Part shown: positions 12,561 through 25,066 of the stretch, piece by piece
Layout of the letters: every line of letters begins with the position of its first letter
How positions within the stretch are numbered: position 1 is the stretch's first letter
From: Octopus sinensis
Taxonomy: Eukaryota
NCBI RefSeq assembly: GCF_006345805.1
Contig: NC_042998.1
Coordinates: 74,152,001-74,216,000, forward strand
Direction of reading: 5' to 3'
DNA length: 64,000 bases
Translations under genes and position numbers: made by a program
Notes under the pieces: generated by a model
What the model saw: only the letters and a program-made list of their open reading frames with translations
Databases searched by the model: none
What the model was told of the DNA's origin: nothing

Positions 12561-12676
12561 CACACTCCCATAGTCACATATTCTTGAAACTTTGTCTTCA
12601 CTTAAACAAAGGAGAATTATTGCTTGGATTCTATGAAGAAGAATTCAAGTAAATCCTTAGGAAAACCTCACAAACG

Positions 12677-12725
<49 letters not shown>

Positions 12726-12736
12726 AGACACAAACT

Positions 12737-12767
<31 letters not shown>

Positions 12768-12779
12768 ATTAGGATACGT

Positions 12780-13250
12780 ATTATCTTCCAATGTGGCTTG
12801 ATGTTCTTGCTAAAACAATATACAATACCATCTGTAGGATAGACTGCCTTGGGATAAATATAGAAAATATTATGAATGTTGAGTACATACATCTTCACAC
12901 AAGGAATATTGGTAAAATATTTCCATCAAAACTTCTGTCAAATGCCAAGATAACAGACCTGATATAGTTGTTCACAGCAGAAATAAAATTATTTACAGTT
13001 TATAGCGGTCAGCTTCCCTGAAGATGTAGAGTACTTCTCCTGAAATCAGTAAGAAAGAGAATATCTATGAACAACTGCTTGTGTTCGTACAAGTTCCTTT
13101 TTACCTCTTCTATTATAAATTATACATTCATACCTATGAATATGAGAACACATGGATAAGTTATTAAATGCCTAATTTACAATGTCAGAAAGCTGAAGTT
13201 TTCAGACACAAAAAGTTACCAGCTAACAAGTACTTTACAAATACAGACTG
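12780..13250 (+). pseudogene. Old RLE-type LINE fragment (endonuclease end)
   Basis: It reads YLPMWLDVLAKTIYNTIC (cf. YLPMRHDVVAK) and DNRPDIVV at 12949-12972, with many stops. Confidence 0.6.
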
Positions 13251-13639
13251 TAAACAGAATAGTAGAATTCTATAAAACTTGTCTAAAGTTCAGCAGGGAC
13301 ATCTTTGCCATTGTTGTCTTCTAAATTGCAGTCAGATCTTTGTTGCAACTGGATATTCTTTTGCTCTTTTCACAAGAAGAATTCAAATAATAAAAAGAAA
13401 GACGTATAGACATGCACATATATGTATGTGTGTGTATATGTATGTATATTTGTATGTATGTATGTATGTATGTATGTATCATCATCATCTTCATCATCAT
13501 TTAACGTCTGTCTTCCTTGCTGGCATGGGTTGGATAGTTTGACAGGAGCCAGTCAGGTAGAAGATGATATCAGGCTACTGTATCTCTTTCGGCATAGTTT
13601 TTATGGCTGGATGTCCTTCCTAACATCAACCATCCATCA

Positions 13640-13800
13640 GAGTGGACTGAGTGGTAAGAAGCTTGCTTCCCAACCATATTGTTCTAGGTTCAGTCCCTCT
13701 GCATGACACCATGGGCAAGTGTCATCTGCTGTAGTCTTGGGCCAGCCAAAGCCTTGTGAGCGAATTTGGGAGACAGAAACTGAAAGAAGCCTATTGTATG
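13640..13800 (+). mobile_element. CORE-like SINE, 5' half
   Basis: Homologous to the element at 1-380. Confidence 0.75.
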
Positions 13801-13805
13801 TATAT

Positions 13806-14280
13806 CATCATCATCGTTTAACGTCTGCTTTCATGCTAGCATGGGTTGGATGATTTGACTGAGGTCTGGTGAACCAGATGGCTGCACCAGGCTCCCATCT
13901 GATCTGGCAGGTTTTCTACAGCTGGTTTTATACCTCCTAATGCCAACCATTCCGAGAGTGTAGTGGATGCTTTTACATGCCACCGGCACGATGGCCAGTC
14001 AGGCAGTACTGGTAATGGCCACGCTGAAATGGTGCTTTTTATGTGCCACCTGCACAGGAGCCAGTCCAGCGGCACTGGTAACGACCGCGCTCGAATGTTC
14101 ACATGCAACCAGCACAAGTGCCAGTAAGGTGATGCTGGTAACGACCATGCTCGAATGGTGCTTTTTACGTGCCACCGATATGGAGGCCAGTCTGTTGCTC
14201 TGGCAACGATCATGCTCATATGGTACTCTTAGCACCCCACTAGCATGGATGCCAGTTATCGAATTTGATTTTGGTTTCGA
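13806..14280 (-). mobile_element. (GAT)n-tailed retroposon with ~60-bp internal subrepeats
   Basis: It has a CATCATCATCGTTTAACGTC tail and several GTGCCACC...GCCAGT...CTGGTAACGACC...CTCGAAT units. Same family as 34980-35300. Confidence 0.75.
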
Positions 14281-14312
14281 TTACACATATATACTTTATT
14301 TAAAAGCAGCAG

Positions 14313-14385
14313 AAATATAACAAAAGCTGTTACTCGGAGTTTCACATTGAACGTGAAACTCCAAGTAACAGCTTTTGTTATATTT
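14313..14385. repeat. 33-bp hairpin formed from a PLE terminal-repeat/hammerhead half
   Basis: Arms at 14313-14345 and 14353-14385 have 1 mismatch and a 7-nt loop. The arm sequence matches 41226-41260. Confidence 0.8.
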
Positions 14386-14675
14386 ATATACATATATATA
14401 TATATATTTAAAATGGGGAAAGCTGGTTTATGGAATTACTTTAGGGTTTAGCTTTATGGCATATCGTCAGATCCCAAAACCTGTTGGCCCAAGACCTCAG
14501 AAACCTGAGGTACTCCCATAAACTGGCCTTCCCCATTATTAATATATACTGCTCTATATCTTAGAATGTGCTTCTTCTTTCGGATTTAGGTTTTACTGAC
14601 AATATATATATATATAATATATATATATATATTATATATATATATATGTATATATATTTATATACACACACACAC

Positions 14676-14708
<33 letters not shown>

Positions 14709-14863
14709 TGCTGAAAAAAAGTTCACACAGAAACATTAGAGCAATAATATATTTAGAAGGTTGTTTGTTATGGCCAGTCAGAGAGTGACCATTGATTTTG
14801 CACCTATAAAGCACTTAGCTGTATAGGTGACTCATCAGACTCAAATGGCCAGAGGCACATATA

Positions 14864-16138
14864 CAGGATTGGATAAAATAATGGAAACACCTTAAAATTT
14901 CAAACAAATTTATTTTAGTATGGTGTAGGGCTGCCTTTGGCAGTAATTACAGCTTCAATTCTACAAGGTACGGACTCATACAAAGTTTGGTTTGTTTTCA
15001 AAAGAATTTTTGTCCATTCTTCAGCTAAAACAGTCTCCAGTTCTTGTAGTGATGATGGTGGAGGATATCGACCCTTCACTCGTTTTTCTAAAATGCACCA
15101 TAAATGTTCAATAATTTTGAGATCTGGGAGCTGTGGTGGTCAGAAATGATGTTCAACTTCACTAGAATGTTTATCGTACCATTCAGTAACAACTTTAGTT
15201 GTGTGAATTGATGCATTATCATCCTGAAAGATTGCATTTCCCTCTGGAAACAGTTCCACAACCATAGGATGAATTTAATCAGATGAAATGCTTAAATAGT
15301 CTTGACTCTTAATTCTGCTATGAAGGGAAATCATTGGGTTGGCGGATTTCCAAGATATAGCCCCCCCAGATTATCACAGATCCTCCTCAAAGTTTAACAG
15401 TTGGAATAAGGCAGTCTGGGTCAACTACTTCTTTTGGCTGTCTCCACACGTATACTTGGCCAGTGGGCAGAAATAAGGTAAAGGATGACTCGTCTGAGAA
15501 AAATCATTCTTCCACTGCTCTAGGGACCAATTCTGTATGGTTTTTACTCCACTCTAAACACTTTGCAACGTTTGTCTTTGAAAATAGTGGTTTTCTGATT
15601 GCAGCCCTCCCATGGAATCCGGCTTTGTGTAGCTCCCAGTGAACAGTTTTTGTGAAAACTGGGATCCCAAGGTGGTCATTAAGCTCTGCAGTAATTTTGG
15701 GAGCTGTACTTTTGTGATCCTTTCTAACAATTCGTGTAAGAGTCCAATGGTCCCTATCTGAAAGTTTTGGATTTCTTCTGGAGTTTTGTTTCAACGAGGA
15801 GGTTTTTTTCCTTCTTTCTCAAAGGCTGTCATTACTTTCGAGGGAGTACTTCTTGATATACCAAACATTTCGGATGTTTTCATTATGCTAGTACCTACCA
15901 TACAAGCACCAACGATTTGACCTCTTGGAAAATTCAATAGATCTGTCATTTTAATGAATTTTAATTACTTCTTTCTGATGGTATCTGAAACGAAACAGCA
16001 ATTTTAGCAAAACATATTAAGCAACACTAATAATACATCAAAAAACATAAAAATAAAGAAGCATTTGATGGTTTTATAGATATTTCAAATTTATGATGCT
16101 GTGATGCTAGGTGTCTCCATTATTTTGTCCAACCCCTG
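14864..16138 (-). mobile_element. Tc1-family DNA transposon, full length, defective transposase
   Basis: TA flanks and ~29-bp TIRs (CAGGATTGGATAAAATAATGGAAACACCT / rc CAGGGGTTGGACAAAATAATGGAGACACCT). Catalytic motifs IFSDESSF, FQDDNA and PPQLPDLKIIEHLW are present, with stops. Confidence 0.92.
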
Positions 16139-17285
16139 TATATACATACATAGACACACACATATGCATGACAACTAAATCCACTCACATGCCTTTGGTT
16201 GGCTTGAGGCTACAGTAGAAGGCGCTTGCCTGGAATAATGTGACTTAGGAAGCAAACTTCTTACCACGCATCCACAAAAAAAAAAAATTTTAACTGGTAT
16301 TTTTATTTAATTCAAGGTAGTAAACTAAATCAAGGGTTAAAGGTTGAGAAACAGATTAAGTATACAAACCTGCAGATAGGCAAATGAAAGAAAAACCTAG
16401 GAAAAGAGGGGAGAAAAGAAACAAAAGAACAAAGAAGAATGTTAATTGGATATATAGGTCAAGATTCAATCAAGGAAAAAGTAAAACAAAAAATACTTTG
16501 GTGTAATTTGAGTAACTAGAAAATGTCTGACTTTATGTAACAAATGCAAAACACATCAAGCATGCTCCTATCTCTCAATGAAGATTTTACTTCCTATACT
16601 ACATGTAAAGGCTTCTTCGCTGGTTGAATATGCCAATAGGAGAAGCTTGACATCTTAGTCAACTAAATGTGTATAACAGATGGTGATATGTGCATGTTAT
16701 ATAGATGGATTTTATACACATACTATATACATGATACACATACTATATACTTGATATACATACATATATATATATTTTATTTAGAGATAATCCCCTTCAT
16801 CTCACCATATAAAAGAATTTTAATTTAATTTAATACTTACTACTCATTTCTCGGCTACACATATTTCTTGAGGTTCTTTTACGGTTCCATAAGCAAGCAG
16901 TGTTTTACAGGAACCTTTCTTAAAATGTCACCCAATCATCAAGCGTCTGAATAACTTACTTAGAGGCCTGATGATTTTTTATTCCCTAATACATAAAATA
17001 AAAATATATATATATAAACTTTGAATGACCCATCATTGTTTTCTTTGTATCGTCTATCTGGATGTTTTGTTGTCCCATTTTTGTATAACCTAACTGTCCA
17101 GATATTTTACGTTCTTGTCCCATTTTGTATTTTATATATACATATATATATATATAATCACCCGAAATTGCGAAGATGATCCGGTTCTTGACTGAAGATT
17201 GAAGGCTTCGAATGTCCCATCCGTGTTTTTTGTATCGTCTTCTAAATGTTTTACGGTCTTATCCCAGTTAGTATTTTTTTACATT

Positions 17286-17327
<42 letters not shown>

Positions 17328-17518
17328 TATTGGAGCCTGGTGCAGCCATCTGGTTTGCCAGTCCTCAGTCAGACCGATAGATTAAGTACTACGCTTACAA
17401 AGAACAAGTACTGGGATCGATTTGTTTGATTAAAGGCGGTGCTCCAGCATGGCTGCAATCAAATTATTGAAACATGTAAAAGAATAAAAGAATGTGTGTG
17501 TGTGTGTATATATATATG

Positions 17519-17549
<31 letters not shown>

Positions 17550-18349
17550 TATATAATTTTAATCCAAACGGGAAAACAAAAAAACAACAACAATGGAACA
17601 ATTACAGTATTATTATTAATAGGCGCTCAGGAAATATGGAATGTGTATATATATATATGTACACACACACACATATATATACATATGAATAAAATCATGA
17701 TTAACAGATTTTCTTGTATTTTCTTTTACCCAAAACCAGGAATTTTTCAGCACCCCTTGTATGTCAATCAAATCCGTTCACAAGGCTGTGTTCGGTTCAA
17801 AGCTCTAGTAGAAAACATTCACCCAAGAGACATGCCGTAGGACTGAACCTGAAACTACGTGGTTGGGAAGCAAACTTCTTAACACACAGCCATCCAATGC
17901 CTATAAGACAAAAATTTTCATATTCACTGACTTTTTTAGTTTGACAACCACTGGTTAAGACAACATTGTGAAATGCTGCATCACTGAAGTGTGATAATAT
18001 GAAGTCAATGAACAGCAGTTTCAATTCTTTTATCATCATGACCTATTTTGATAAATCAATAATACCCTGTGAACATAAGGTGAAATACCCGGCGTTGCCC
18101 AAGATGAAGACTTAGGGAATAAATAGTTACATTGCAAAGCAGTTTATTTAACCTATAGTAAATCTTCTGAAAAACCAAAAAAAATATATATATATTTAAC
18201 ATAGTGTAAGACAATTTAAAAAAAAAGAAATTTTTTCTAAGAATATTTTATTAGATTTCATTGTTTTAACCATATACAACTTCTATGATTCTGCAAAACA
18301 TTGAACACAAATTTAAATATTTTCAGTCCTCCAAATTATATTTAAACAT

Positions 18350-18520
18350 AATTTTAACCCTAACCAAAAGCAGTCATTTTAAGTGCATACACCAAACCCT
18401 GACCTTAAATCCTAAATCTAAGACCTTATCTCAAAACTCTAACCCTCTACTTATCTCTAAATCCTAAACCATAACACTGACCTGAATCCCTATTCCTAAA
18501 TCCTAACACCAATCCCTCAC
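18350..18520. repeat. Degenerate (CCCTAA)-like tandem tract
   Basis: Repeated AACCCT/ATCCTAAA/ACCCTGA variants. Confidence 0.55.
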
Positions 18521-20056
18521 ATAAAGATTATTTTTGTGTAGATTAGCAATCTGCTATGTATAAAACATACATTTTTTGGAAAAAAAATTTGAAAATGAAA
18601 ATGTATCACCAGGTATGTACATTGAAATGAATGAAAAAAATGATAAACACTTGCAATTTGGAAAAAAAAAAACTGTTTAAAATATATAAAAATATGAAGA
18701 AATTTTCAGAAAAAGATATGGAAATATGTGGCATGTTTATCTGATCCTTTGTAAAGCTATATTAAAGCACTATTACCCCAACATGGAGTACCTAGCAAAG
18801 AATAATTGACGATTTTTTTTATTAGTCTAAGTCTTTGATGTGACACTCCAGGTGTTTTCTGTGTCTGTTCTTGGGGAACTTGCTTGTATCTTCAGTTCAG
18901 TACCTGTCAAAGACCTGTCCATTCATCATATTGTTAGTCTGGTCACAGGTAATTCAGATAGTATGTGTGTGTGTGTGTGTGTGTGGTGTGTGTGTGTGTA
19001 CAAACATGTGTTGTTAATACAGAGAGAGTGAGAGACAGAGAGACAGAGAAAGGGAGTGATTAGGTGGCACAAATAGAAATATATGACTCATTGCTTAAAA
19101 TGAGCAAAGCATGTGTGTGTGTGTGTAGGTTTAATTTGCCATACTATTTACAAATTTATATTTCATTTGTAAGTTTCCCATTTTTCATCATCTCTTCACC
19201 CTTTAATTGTGTTTATTTCTTCCTTTCATTTACTATTTATTGTAAATCTAGTACATCCTTATAAACAATATTTTGCAACAAGGAACACAAACAAATAGAT
19301 GGCATGGGCTTCCAACTCTTGTCTATGCACACGCAGTTGCCCCTTTGAGGAATGATGTTCTTCAAGCTGTAGCCCAGCAATAGATAAAGTTTGTCCTTGG
19401 GATTTATTTATAGATATGGTGAAACAAGAGTTTTACAAGAAACTACGGCATTTTGAATACAGAAGTTATTTCTGTGTCAGATATCAAGGGTATTCTAGAC
19501 ACAAAAACATCTTCCCTCGTGAAACAACCTGTTAAAATAGCGGCTTGAATAATATAAAGCATTAATTTTTTTTGCCACCAGCCTAGTAACATTACACAGC
19601 CAAATTCGGTCACGGCTCTGTAGTAGCATTATGAGGACTCTTACTTTAACAAAAGTGGAAGCCCAAAAGGTTTTAATAAACTTAAGCATTCAACCAGGTA
19701 GTTGACAACCTCTGCAGGGTTTGGGATTGAATCTAAAGATTTATAAATCTTTGTAATTCTCAAAATATAATCTAAAAGCATATTGCTTATGCCACGGACA
19801 GTGATATTTTTTGATACAAGTATTGCTCTTTCATGTAAGTATAGCTTTGTTGATGGTCCTGAAAATTTGGAAATACTTTTGCTATTAGCTCATTGACTGA
19901 TGAAACTGAAATACTGATTAGAGATGTTTCTAGACCATTATTTCTATAAAGAGCTACACCTTACCTTCTCAAAGCTTCAATAAATTTTGAACAAATTTTT
20001 CAGACAAATCATCACCCAAAAGTGTGACTCTAATATTCTTAGTTAGGCTCATTCTT

Positions 20057-20288
20057 ATTTCTTTACTGCCCACAAGGGGCTACACGCAGAGGGGACAAAC
20101 AAGGACAGACAAACGGATTAAGTTGATTATATCGGCCCCAGTATGTAACAGGTACTTATTTAATCAACCCCGAAAGGATGAAAGGCAAAGTCGACCTTGG
20201 CGGAATTTGAACTCAGAATGTACCAGCAGACAAAATACCGCTAAACATTTCGCTCGGCATGCTAATGTTTCTGCCAGCTCGCTGCCTT
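20057..20288 (-). mobile_element. SINE (second family) inserted in the Helitron helicase
   Basis: Flanked by TAGG(C/T)TCATTCTT at 20044-20056 and 20295-20307. Confidence 0.85.
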
Positions 20289-20608
20289 GTTGTATAGGTT
20301 CATTCTTGTTATATGTCTCCACAAACATGATGATTTCAACCAAACCATTAACCCATCTACTTTAGTGCCTTTGGTATCACAGGCAAAGTCTGGTGAAAGT
20401 CTCCTGATAGTACAGTGGTAACATTATACCCATCAATACTTCAGAATTTTTAAAATCCTGCCAACTTCAATTTAAAGCTTCTGAAGATTTTTTGTTTGCC
20501 ATTGTACACTCATCTCAAGCAATGAGATGACATGTTCTTAGTATCTACATACATACATGCATCTATAACATCCCAGATATTTTACTAATATTACAAATTG
20601 GTATATCA

Positions 20609-20985
20609 TCTCTCTCTCTATATATATAAAGCTGAAGTTGTCTGTGTATGGCAGGTTTGGTAGCCTTCAAGTAACACTATCTCCAAAATTGAGAGTATGA
20701 TAGAAAAAGGCTTGCTCTTCCTTCCGTAGAAGAAAAAATTCAAATCGGACCATGTTAACACCAAAAATTATTTGCATCAAAAAGGTGCTTTTTTTCTATG
20801 AAAATCCCTATTTTTTACGATTTTTTTACTGCTGTGTCGCCATTTTTCGGTGTATTTGAACCAGAAAAATGTTCACTTAAAGAGAATAACAAGCTACATA
20901 ATGCAAAATTTTTACTTTTCAAAAGTTCCAATTCTAAAGGGTCGAAAAGAAAACAAGCCCAAGCAATGCTGGGCTATACTGCTAG
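20609..20985 (+). mobile_element. Non-autonomous Helitron
   Basis: 5' TC after an A, 3' hairpin GCCCAAGCAATGCTGGGC, then CTAG followed by T. No TSD. Confidence 0.85.
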
Positions 20986-21196
20986 TTGTTAGCTAAATTC
21001 ATGGTTAATCTGAAGGTAGAGTGAGCTGTTTGTCCACCTGGAGGTGACAAGGCAGCAATACTTGAAGAAGCTATATAGCCATTGCTATTTTTTCCTGTTG
21101 ACAAATATTTTGCCAGCCGTAATCAAGAAAAAAGTCCTCTCCTTCGATAATAAAAAAAAAAACCATTTAAATATGGCATTGTAAAATACTCTTTGT

Positions 21197-21455
21197 GGAG
21201 GCACATGGCTTAGTGGTTAGGGTGTCAGCATCATGATCATAAGATTGTGGTTTCGATTCCTGGACCGGGCGACGCTTTGTGTTCTTGAGCAAAACACTTC
21301 ATTTCACATTGCTCCAATCCACTCAACGGGCAAAAATGAGTAACGCTGTGATGGACTGGCGTTCTGTCCAGCTGGGGTACACATATGCCATTGAAACCAG
21401 GAAACCGGGCCCATGAGCCTGGCTAGGCTTTAAAAGGGCTCATTTATTTATTTAT
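21197..21455 (+). mobile_element. tRNA-derived SINE with V-domain-like core
   Basis: A/B boxes (TGGCTTAGTGG, GTTTCGATTCC), core GTGATGGACTGGCGTTCTGTCCAG, (ATTT)n tail, and a 15-bp TSD TAAAATACTCTTTGT at 21182-21196 and 21456-21470. Confidence 0.85.
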
Positions 21456-21498
21456 TAAAATACTCTTTGTTTATGCAATAATTTGGATTTGTTTACAT

Positions 21499-21756
21499 CA
21501 GTGGTTCTCAACCATTTTTTACTTATGAATCCCCTTTAATTCCTTTTTTACTCTACTGGACTGCCATAGCCATTTGATTTGTATAAAAAAAAACATCCTA
21601 CTGCATTTTTATGATTAAATATTATTAGGAATTGTGTAAAAAAAAAATCAAATATTTTGTGTATTGTGGAACTATAAGAAATTTATTACCCATAAATTTT
21701 AACAAAATATTATATGGACCCCCAAGGGCCATACGGACCCCAATTGACAACCACTG
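21499..21756. mobile_element. hAT-type MITE
   Basis: TIRs CAGTGGTTCTCAA / TTGACAACCACTG and an 8-bp TSD GTTTACA(T/C). Confidence 0.85.
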
Positions 21757-21797
21757 GTTTACACGAACATATTTTGAAAGGTCTTCAATGCTGTAAG

Positions 21798-22400
21798 AAG
21801 GCGGTGAGCTGGCAGAAACGTTATAGCACGCGGGGCGAAATGTTTTAGCGGTATTTCGTCTGCCATTACGTTCTGAGTTCAAATTCCGCCGAGGTCGACT
21901 TTGCCTTTCATCCTTTCGGGGTCGATAAATTAAGTACCAGTTACGCACTGGGGTTGATGTAATTGACTTAATCCGTGTGTCTGTCCTTGTTTGTCCCCTC
22001 TGTGCTTAGCCTCTTGTGGGTAGTAAAGAAATAGGTATTTCGTCTGCCGCTACATTCTGAGTTCAAATTCCGTCAAAGTCGACTTTACCTTTCATCCTTT
22101 CAGGGTCGATTAAATAAGTACCAGATATGCACTTGGGTCGATATAATCGACTTAATCCGTTTGTCTGTCCTTGTTTGTCCCCTCTGTGCTTAGCCTTTGT
22201 GGGTAGTAAAGAAATAGGTATTTCGTCTGCCGCTACGTTCTGAGTTCAAATTCTGTCGAAGTCGACTTTACCTTTCATCCTTTCAGGGTCGATTAAATAA
22301 GTACCAGATATGCACTGGAGTCAATATAATCGACTCAATCCGTTTGTCTGAACTTGTTTGTCCCCTCTGTGTGTAGCCCCCTGTGGGCAGTAAAGAAATA
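21798..22400 (+). mobile_element. Head-to-tail SINE trimer (one full unit plus two 5'-truncated ~183-bp units)
   Basis: Units are 21798-22033, 22034-22216 and 22217-22400. Each ends GTAAAGAAATA, and units 2 and 3 start GGTATTTCGTCTGCC. Confidence 0.9.
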
Positions 22401-23000
22401 GGAAGTTTCTTTTTTAAACTATTAACTTCAGAACAATTGGTTTGAGGAAGACTATATTCATGCAGTTCACCCATTTCATAGAAATATTTTTACCTTCAGT
22501 TGTGTTCTATAATCCTGCCAGGACATTGAAACTGAACGTGGTATTTATAATCTTCTACCAGATGGTTTTAGCTATGTTGATACTGGATCCCCTAAATTTA
22601 CATCGTGTGTGTTGGCATAGAACTGCCCAGGAAAAAATCTCTGCTTAGATTTTATTCCGTTTAGAATTGCAAGTGAAAATGAAGAAAAGATCAAGACGTC
22701 CGTTCCACAATTACGTACATAAGTCATAGCATTTTGTGTCCTCTCATGCATATATCTACTGCTTCCTGTAAGACTGGAAGGAGGACACCAAGTTTTTCAT
22801 AGCTCTGACACTGCAATATCGTTTATTAACGCCATCTCGTAAATGCACGTATGACAAATGTTGTCTGTCAAATAGCGTTATGTGAGGGAGAGAAAGAGCT
22901 GGAAGATGAAAGGGAATAGTGACAGGAACGACAAAGAGAGAAGGGAAAAGTACAGTGAGAGAGAATGAGATGCAAATAGGAAAACAGGGAGGAGTATAAA

Positions 23001-23033
<33 letters not shown>

Positions 23034-23218
23034 AAGATGGGAGAGAAAATTACAAAGTTCTTTTATAGGGCACGCATATATATGTGCGTGGGTGTATTTT
23101 TTCCGTCATATCCAGTGCGTCCTCCATATAATGTTAGCGTGTGACAGTGAGGGAGATCTGGCTGTTATTTCTAGCAGGTCGAGCAACTAAACATTCTCAC
23201 ATTTTCTCACACACAAAA

Positions 23219-23254
<36 letters not shown>

Positions 23255-23267
23255 TCACACATACATA

Positions 23268-23435
23268 CAGGGCCAGCTCAAGGTATCGGCAACTAGGGCA
23301 ACCGCGCGGGGCGCCATGTGCTAGGGGGCGCCAAGAAGGGCGTGAGAAAGACAAGGAAAGTTTCACGACCATCAGCTCTAGTACACGCCGAAGTTCAGCT
23401 TGCCCGGGGCGCCAGCAACCCTAGGGCTGGCCCTG
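23268..23435. mobile_element. GC-rich hAT-type MITE
   Basis: TIRs CAGGGCCAGC / GCTGGCCCTG and an 8-bp TSD CAT(A/G)CATA. Confidence 0.75.
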
Positions 23436-23568
23436 CATGCATACATACATACACACATACATACATACAATAAAAATCTGCAAGACTTTCTTAAGAATTA
23501 AACGATGATGGTTAAAACAAGAAACTTTCTTCACAGCCTTACTGCCCAAGTAGGTGGTCTGGTCAAAA

Positions 23569-23960
23569 TCTTTATATATAAAAGTGAAGTTGTGTGTCTG
23601 TCTCCTACGATTTAGATTCCTAACTACTCCCACATTTTGCGGTGCAGTTTAACCAAAACCGGGTATCTTATAGTCGTGATTTATATCGAGCCCTTCTGGG
23701 TATTAGCGGGCGTCTACGATGAGTCTACGATTTAAAAAAAAATTTACCATCATTTTTTTCCATTTTAATGCATTTTTTCGCTATTATATAAGGGAAGTAA
23801 CTCTCTAAAAATGTCTACGATGAGTCAACGATTTTTAAAAAGATTTACTATTATTTTCTTTTTAATGCATTTTTTTGCTATTTTTTGGCTATAACTCTCT
23901 AAAAATGCTTATATAATTATTTCCCTTAAAAACCCGAGCAACGCCGGGTGATACTGCTAG
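23569..23960 (+). mobile_element. Non-autonomous Helitron
   Basis: A|TC start, 3' hairpin CCCGAGCAACGCCGGG, then CTAG|T. It has an internal direct repeat (TCTACGATGAGTC...), and its 5' end resembles that of 20609-20985. Confidence 0.85.
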
Positions 23961-24479
23961 TTTACTCTAAATTAAAAAGAAAACGAGAACGCGCGCACAC
24001 ACACACACACACACACATACACACACACACATACACACACACACGTTCTTTTTTAATCATTGATTTCAGTTAACTCGTTGAGTGATTGCGCTTGCTTTTT
24101 TTTTTTTTTTTAACGTGACAAAAAAGAGTGAGAGAGAAAGGTGGAGTGGACAGGAGGAAAGAGAACGAAGAGAGTGGCGGTGTGTGGACGATCTGACTGA
24201 CCGACAGCTCATGTACAATCACCGAGCCCCTACCACTGTATATCAGTTTTCTTTTTACAACCCTACATTCCTTCTAATTCTCAAATATCTCTGACCCTTC
24301 ATTCGGGTTTTAAAAAATGTCACGCGTTTGTGTATGTGTGTGTGCGTGCGTGCGTGCGTTACACCAGAAACGCAGCATTTGAACCACTGTTGTCAACTTA
24401 ACAACCCCCTCTCTCGTTAAAGCTACGTATTTCTCGCTTTCACCTTACTTTTTCGTCCTCAGCGTTCTCAAAGTTACAT

Positions 24480-24833
24480 GTGTATACGATGTATTTACTC
24501 GTGTGAGTGCGTGTATGTATGTATGTATGTATGTATGTATGTATGTATGTATTTATGTCCGTATGTATGTGTGTATTTATGTATATATCTGTGTATGTAT
24601 GTATGTATGCATGCATGTATGTATGTGTGTGTGTATGTATGTGTGTGTGTGTATGTATGTATGTATGTATGTATGTGTGTATGTATGTATGTATGTATGT
24701 ATGTATGTGTGTGTGTATTTATGTCTGTATGTATGTGTGTATTTATGTATATATCTGTGTATGTATGTATGTATGTATGTATCTGTGTATGTATGTATGC
24801 ATGCATGTATGTATGTCTGTATGTATGTATGTG

Positions 24834-24865
<32 letters not shown>

Positions 24866-24964
24866 TGTATGTGTGTATATATGTATGTGTGTATGTATGT
24901 GTGTGTATGTATGTATGTGTGTGTATGTATGTGTGTGTGCATGTATGTATATATGTATGTATGC

Positions 24965-24997
<33 letters not shown>

Positions 24998-25005
24998 TGT
25001 ATGTA

Positions 25006-25038
<33 letters not shown>

Positions 25039-25066
25039 AAGCATGTATGTATGTATGCGGCGTCCG
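24480..25066. repeat. (TATG)n/(TG)n microsatellite
   Basis: Direct reading of the sequence. Confidence 0.95.

Larger units (their letters stand above)
19270..22880 (-). mobile_element. Decayed, internally deleted Helitron (Rep fragment plus PIF1-like helicase) with nested insertions
   Basis: Minus-strand pieces are TGSSRYMHERTQNAMTYVRN/GRLDLFFIFTCN (Rep), FFLD, ASSSIAALSPPGGQTAHSTF, DECTMANK, SGDFHQTLPVIP, HERAIL and KVRVLIMLL...LCNVTRL. Many stops and frameshifts. Confidence 0.88.

Noticed and set aside
13960-14230. CRISPR-like array (also the 183-bp units at 21798-22400)
   Set aside because: These are degenerate subrepeats of eukaryotic retroposons, with no unique spacers and no cas genes.
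22494-22526. Profilin-like start MSWQDYRTQLK with a splice donor on the minus strand
   Set aside because: It lies within Helitron-derived sequence (Rep motifs immediately upstream), and no downstream profilin exons were found. Treated as a chance match.
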